Assembly: GCA_965223335.1 (NCBI GenBank)
Contig: OZ244991.1
Coordinates: 416,001 to 480,000 of the forward strand
Source of the DNA: Thermodesulfobacteriota bacterium
Lineage (GTDB): Bacteria > Desulfobacterota_D > UBA1144 > Nemesobacterales > UBA2774
Direction of reading: 5' to 3'
DNA length: 64,000 nt
In this document: positions 63,077 to 64,000 of the stretch, one piece after another
How the letters are laid out: each line of letters starts with the position of its first letter
Position numbering within the stretch: the stretch's first letter is position 1
The notes under the pieces: model-generated
Seen by the model: the letters and a program-made list of their open reading frames with translations, nothing else
What the model was told of the DNA's origin: nothing
Database searches by the model: none
Program-made: the position numbers and the translations under genes

Positions 63077-64000
63077 TTAATGGGCTTCGTATTTAACAGT
63101 TTTATCCTTTAGCGCCTCTACGGCTCGCTCAAGCCCCCCCAGTGTGAGCGGAAACATCCGGTCCCCCATAAACTCCTTAAGCATCCCAATGGATTGGGTA
63201 AGCCGCCATTCCTCCACAGGAACAGGGTTTAGCCATATTATGTCTCTGTAGTGGCTCTTTAATCGATTAAGCCACACAAACCCGGCCTCGTCGTTGTTAT
63301 GTTCCACACTGCCGTTTTGATACAAGAGCTCGTACGGGGACATCGACGCATCACCAACAATTATAACTTTGTAATCCTCGTTATAGGTGTTGAGCACATC
63401 GAATGTGGGTATGGTCTCAGACCATCTTCTAGCGTTGTCTTTCCACATATTCTCGTAAAGGCAGTTATGGAAATAGTAGTGCTCTAGGTGCTTGAACTCA
63501 TATTTAGCTGCGGAGAATAGCCTCGAGCATAGCTCAATATGGTCATCCATAGACCCACCTATATCGAGCAACAACAGCACCTTCACATTGTTCTTTTTTG
63601 CCGCTACCATCTCGAGTTCCAAAAGCCCGGCATTCTTGGATGTTCTATCAATTGTTTTATCTAGATCGAGCTCCTCTTTTGTACCTTCTCTTGTTAGTAT
63701 ACGAAGCCTACGCAAAGCCATTTTCATGTTACGGGTTTGTAGTTCGACACTGTCGTCAAGGTCCCTAAACTCTCTTTTGTCCCAGACTTTAACAGCCCTC
63801 CGGTGTCGGCTTTCATCCTGGCCGATTCTTATGCCTTCCGGATTGTAACCGTACGCCCCAAAGGGTGATGTGCCGCCGGTTCCGATCCATTTATTGCCGC
63901 CCTGGTGTTTCTTTTTCTGAGTCTTCATCAACTCCTTTAGACGCTCGAGTAGTTTGTCCAGGCCCCCCATGGCCTTGATCATCTCTTTTTCTTCATCCGT
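63077..64000 (-). CDS. vWA-domain (CoxE-like) protein, 5'-truncated by window edge
   Basis: HQGGNKWIGTGGTSPFG, DIGGSM, GDASMSPYE, WLNP; frame open to 64000. Confidence 0.88.
   Translation of the reverse strand, partial: TDEEKEMIKAMGGLDKLLERLKELMKTQKKKHQGGNKWIGTGGTSPFGAYGYNPEGIRIGQDESRHRRAVKVWDKREFRDLDDSVELQTRNMKMALRRLRILTREGTKEELDLDKTIDRTSKNAGLLELEMVAAKKNNVKVLLLLDIGGSMDDHIELCSRLFSAAKYEFKHLEHYYFHNCLYENMWKDNARRWSETIPTFDVLNTYNEDYKVIIVGDASMSPYELLYQNGSVEHNNDEAGFVWLNRLKSHYRDIIWLNPVPVEEWRLTQSIGMLKEFMGDRMFPLTLGGLERAVEALKDKTVKYEAH

Overview
This is a bacterial chromosomal segment with deltaproteobacterial-type gene content (Desulfobacterota/Dadabacteria-like, inferred from gene order only). It is mostly core genes: guaB-guaA, coaX, rnr, miaB, trmFO, glyQS, rny, zapB-zapA-5-FCL, prfA, purU, tRNA-Ser(CGA) and tRNA-Phe(GAA). 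It also carries two type IVa pilus operons (pilB-pilT-pilC-pilS-pilR, and pilMNOPQ followed by two unknown lipoproteins), an amtB-porin operon, and a PHA cluster with two small PhaE/PhaR-like subunits, phaC, phaB and a crotonase. I saw no CRISPR array, IS or prophage. The main unexplained structure is regulatory. There are three correctly spaced sigma54 promoters, and two of them (pilB operon and an RpoD/RpoS-family sigma gene) share upstream TGAC-N7-GTCA boxes, suggesting a sigma54-to-sigma70 cascade tied to piliation. Other points: a coupled XRE/membrane protein/lipoprotein triad and a structured leader with a uORF upstream of pilM, a one-base frameshift in the sigma gene, a 5-FCL gene with no canonical start and no 6S RNA at its usual site, a JAB-DinG fusion, and a Cys-rich GH17-like lipoprotein. 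All calls were made by eye; no searches were run.
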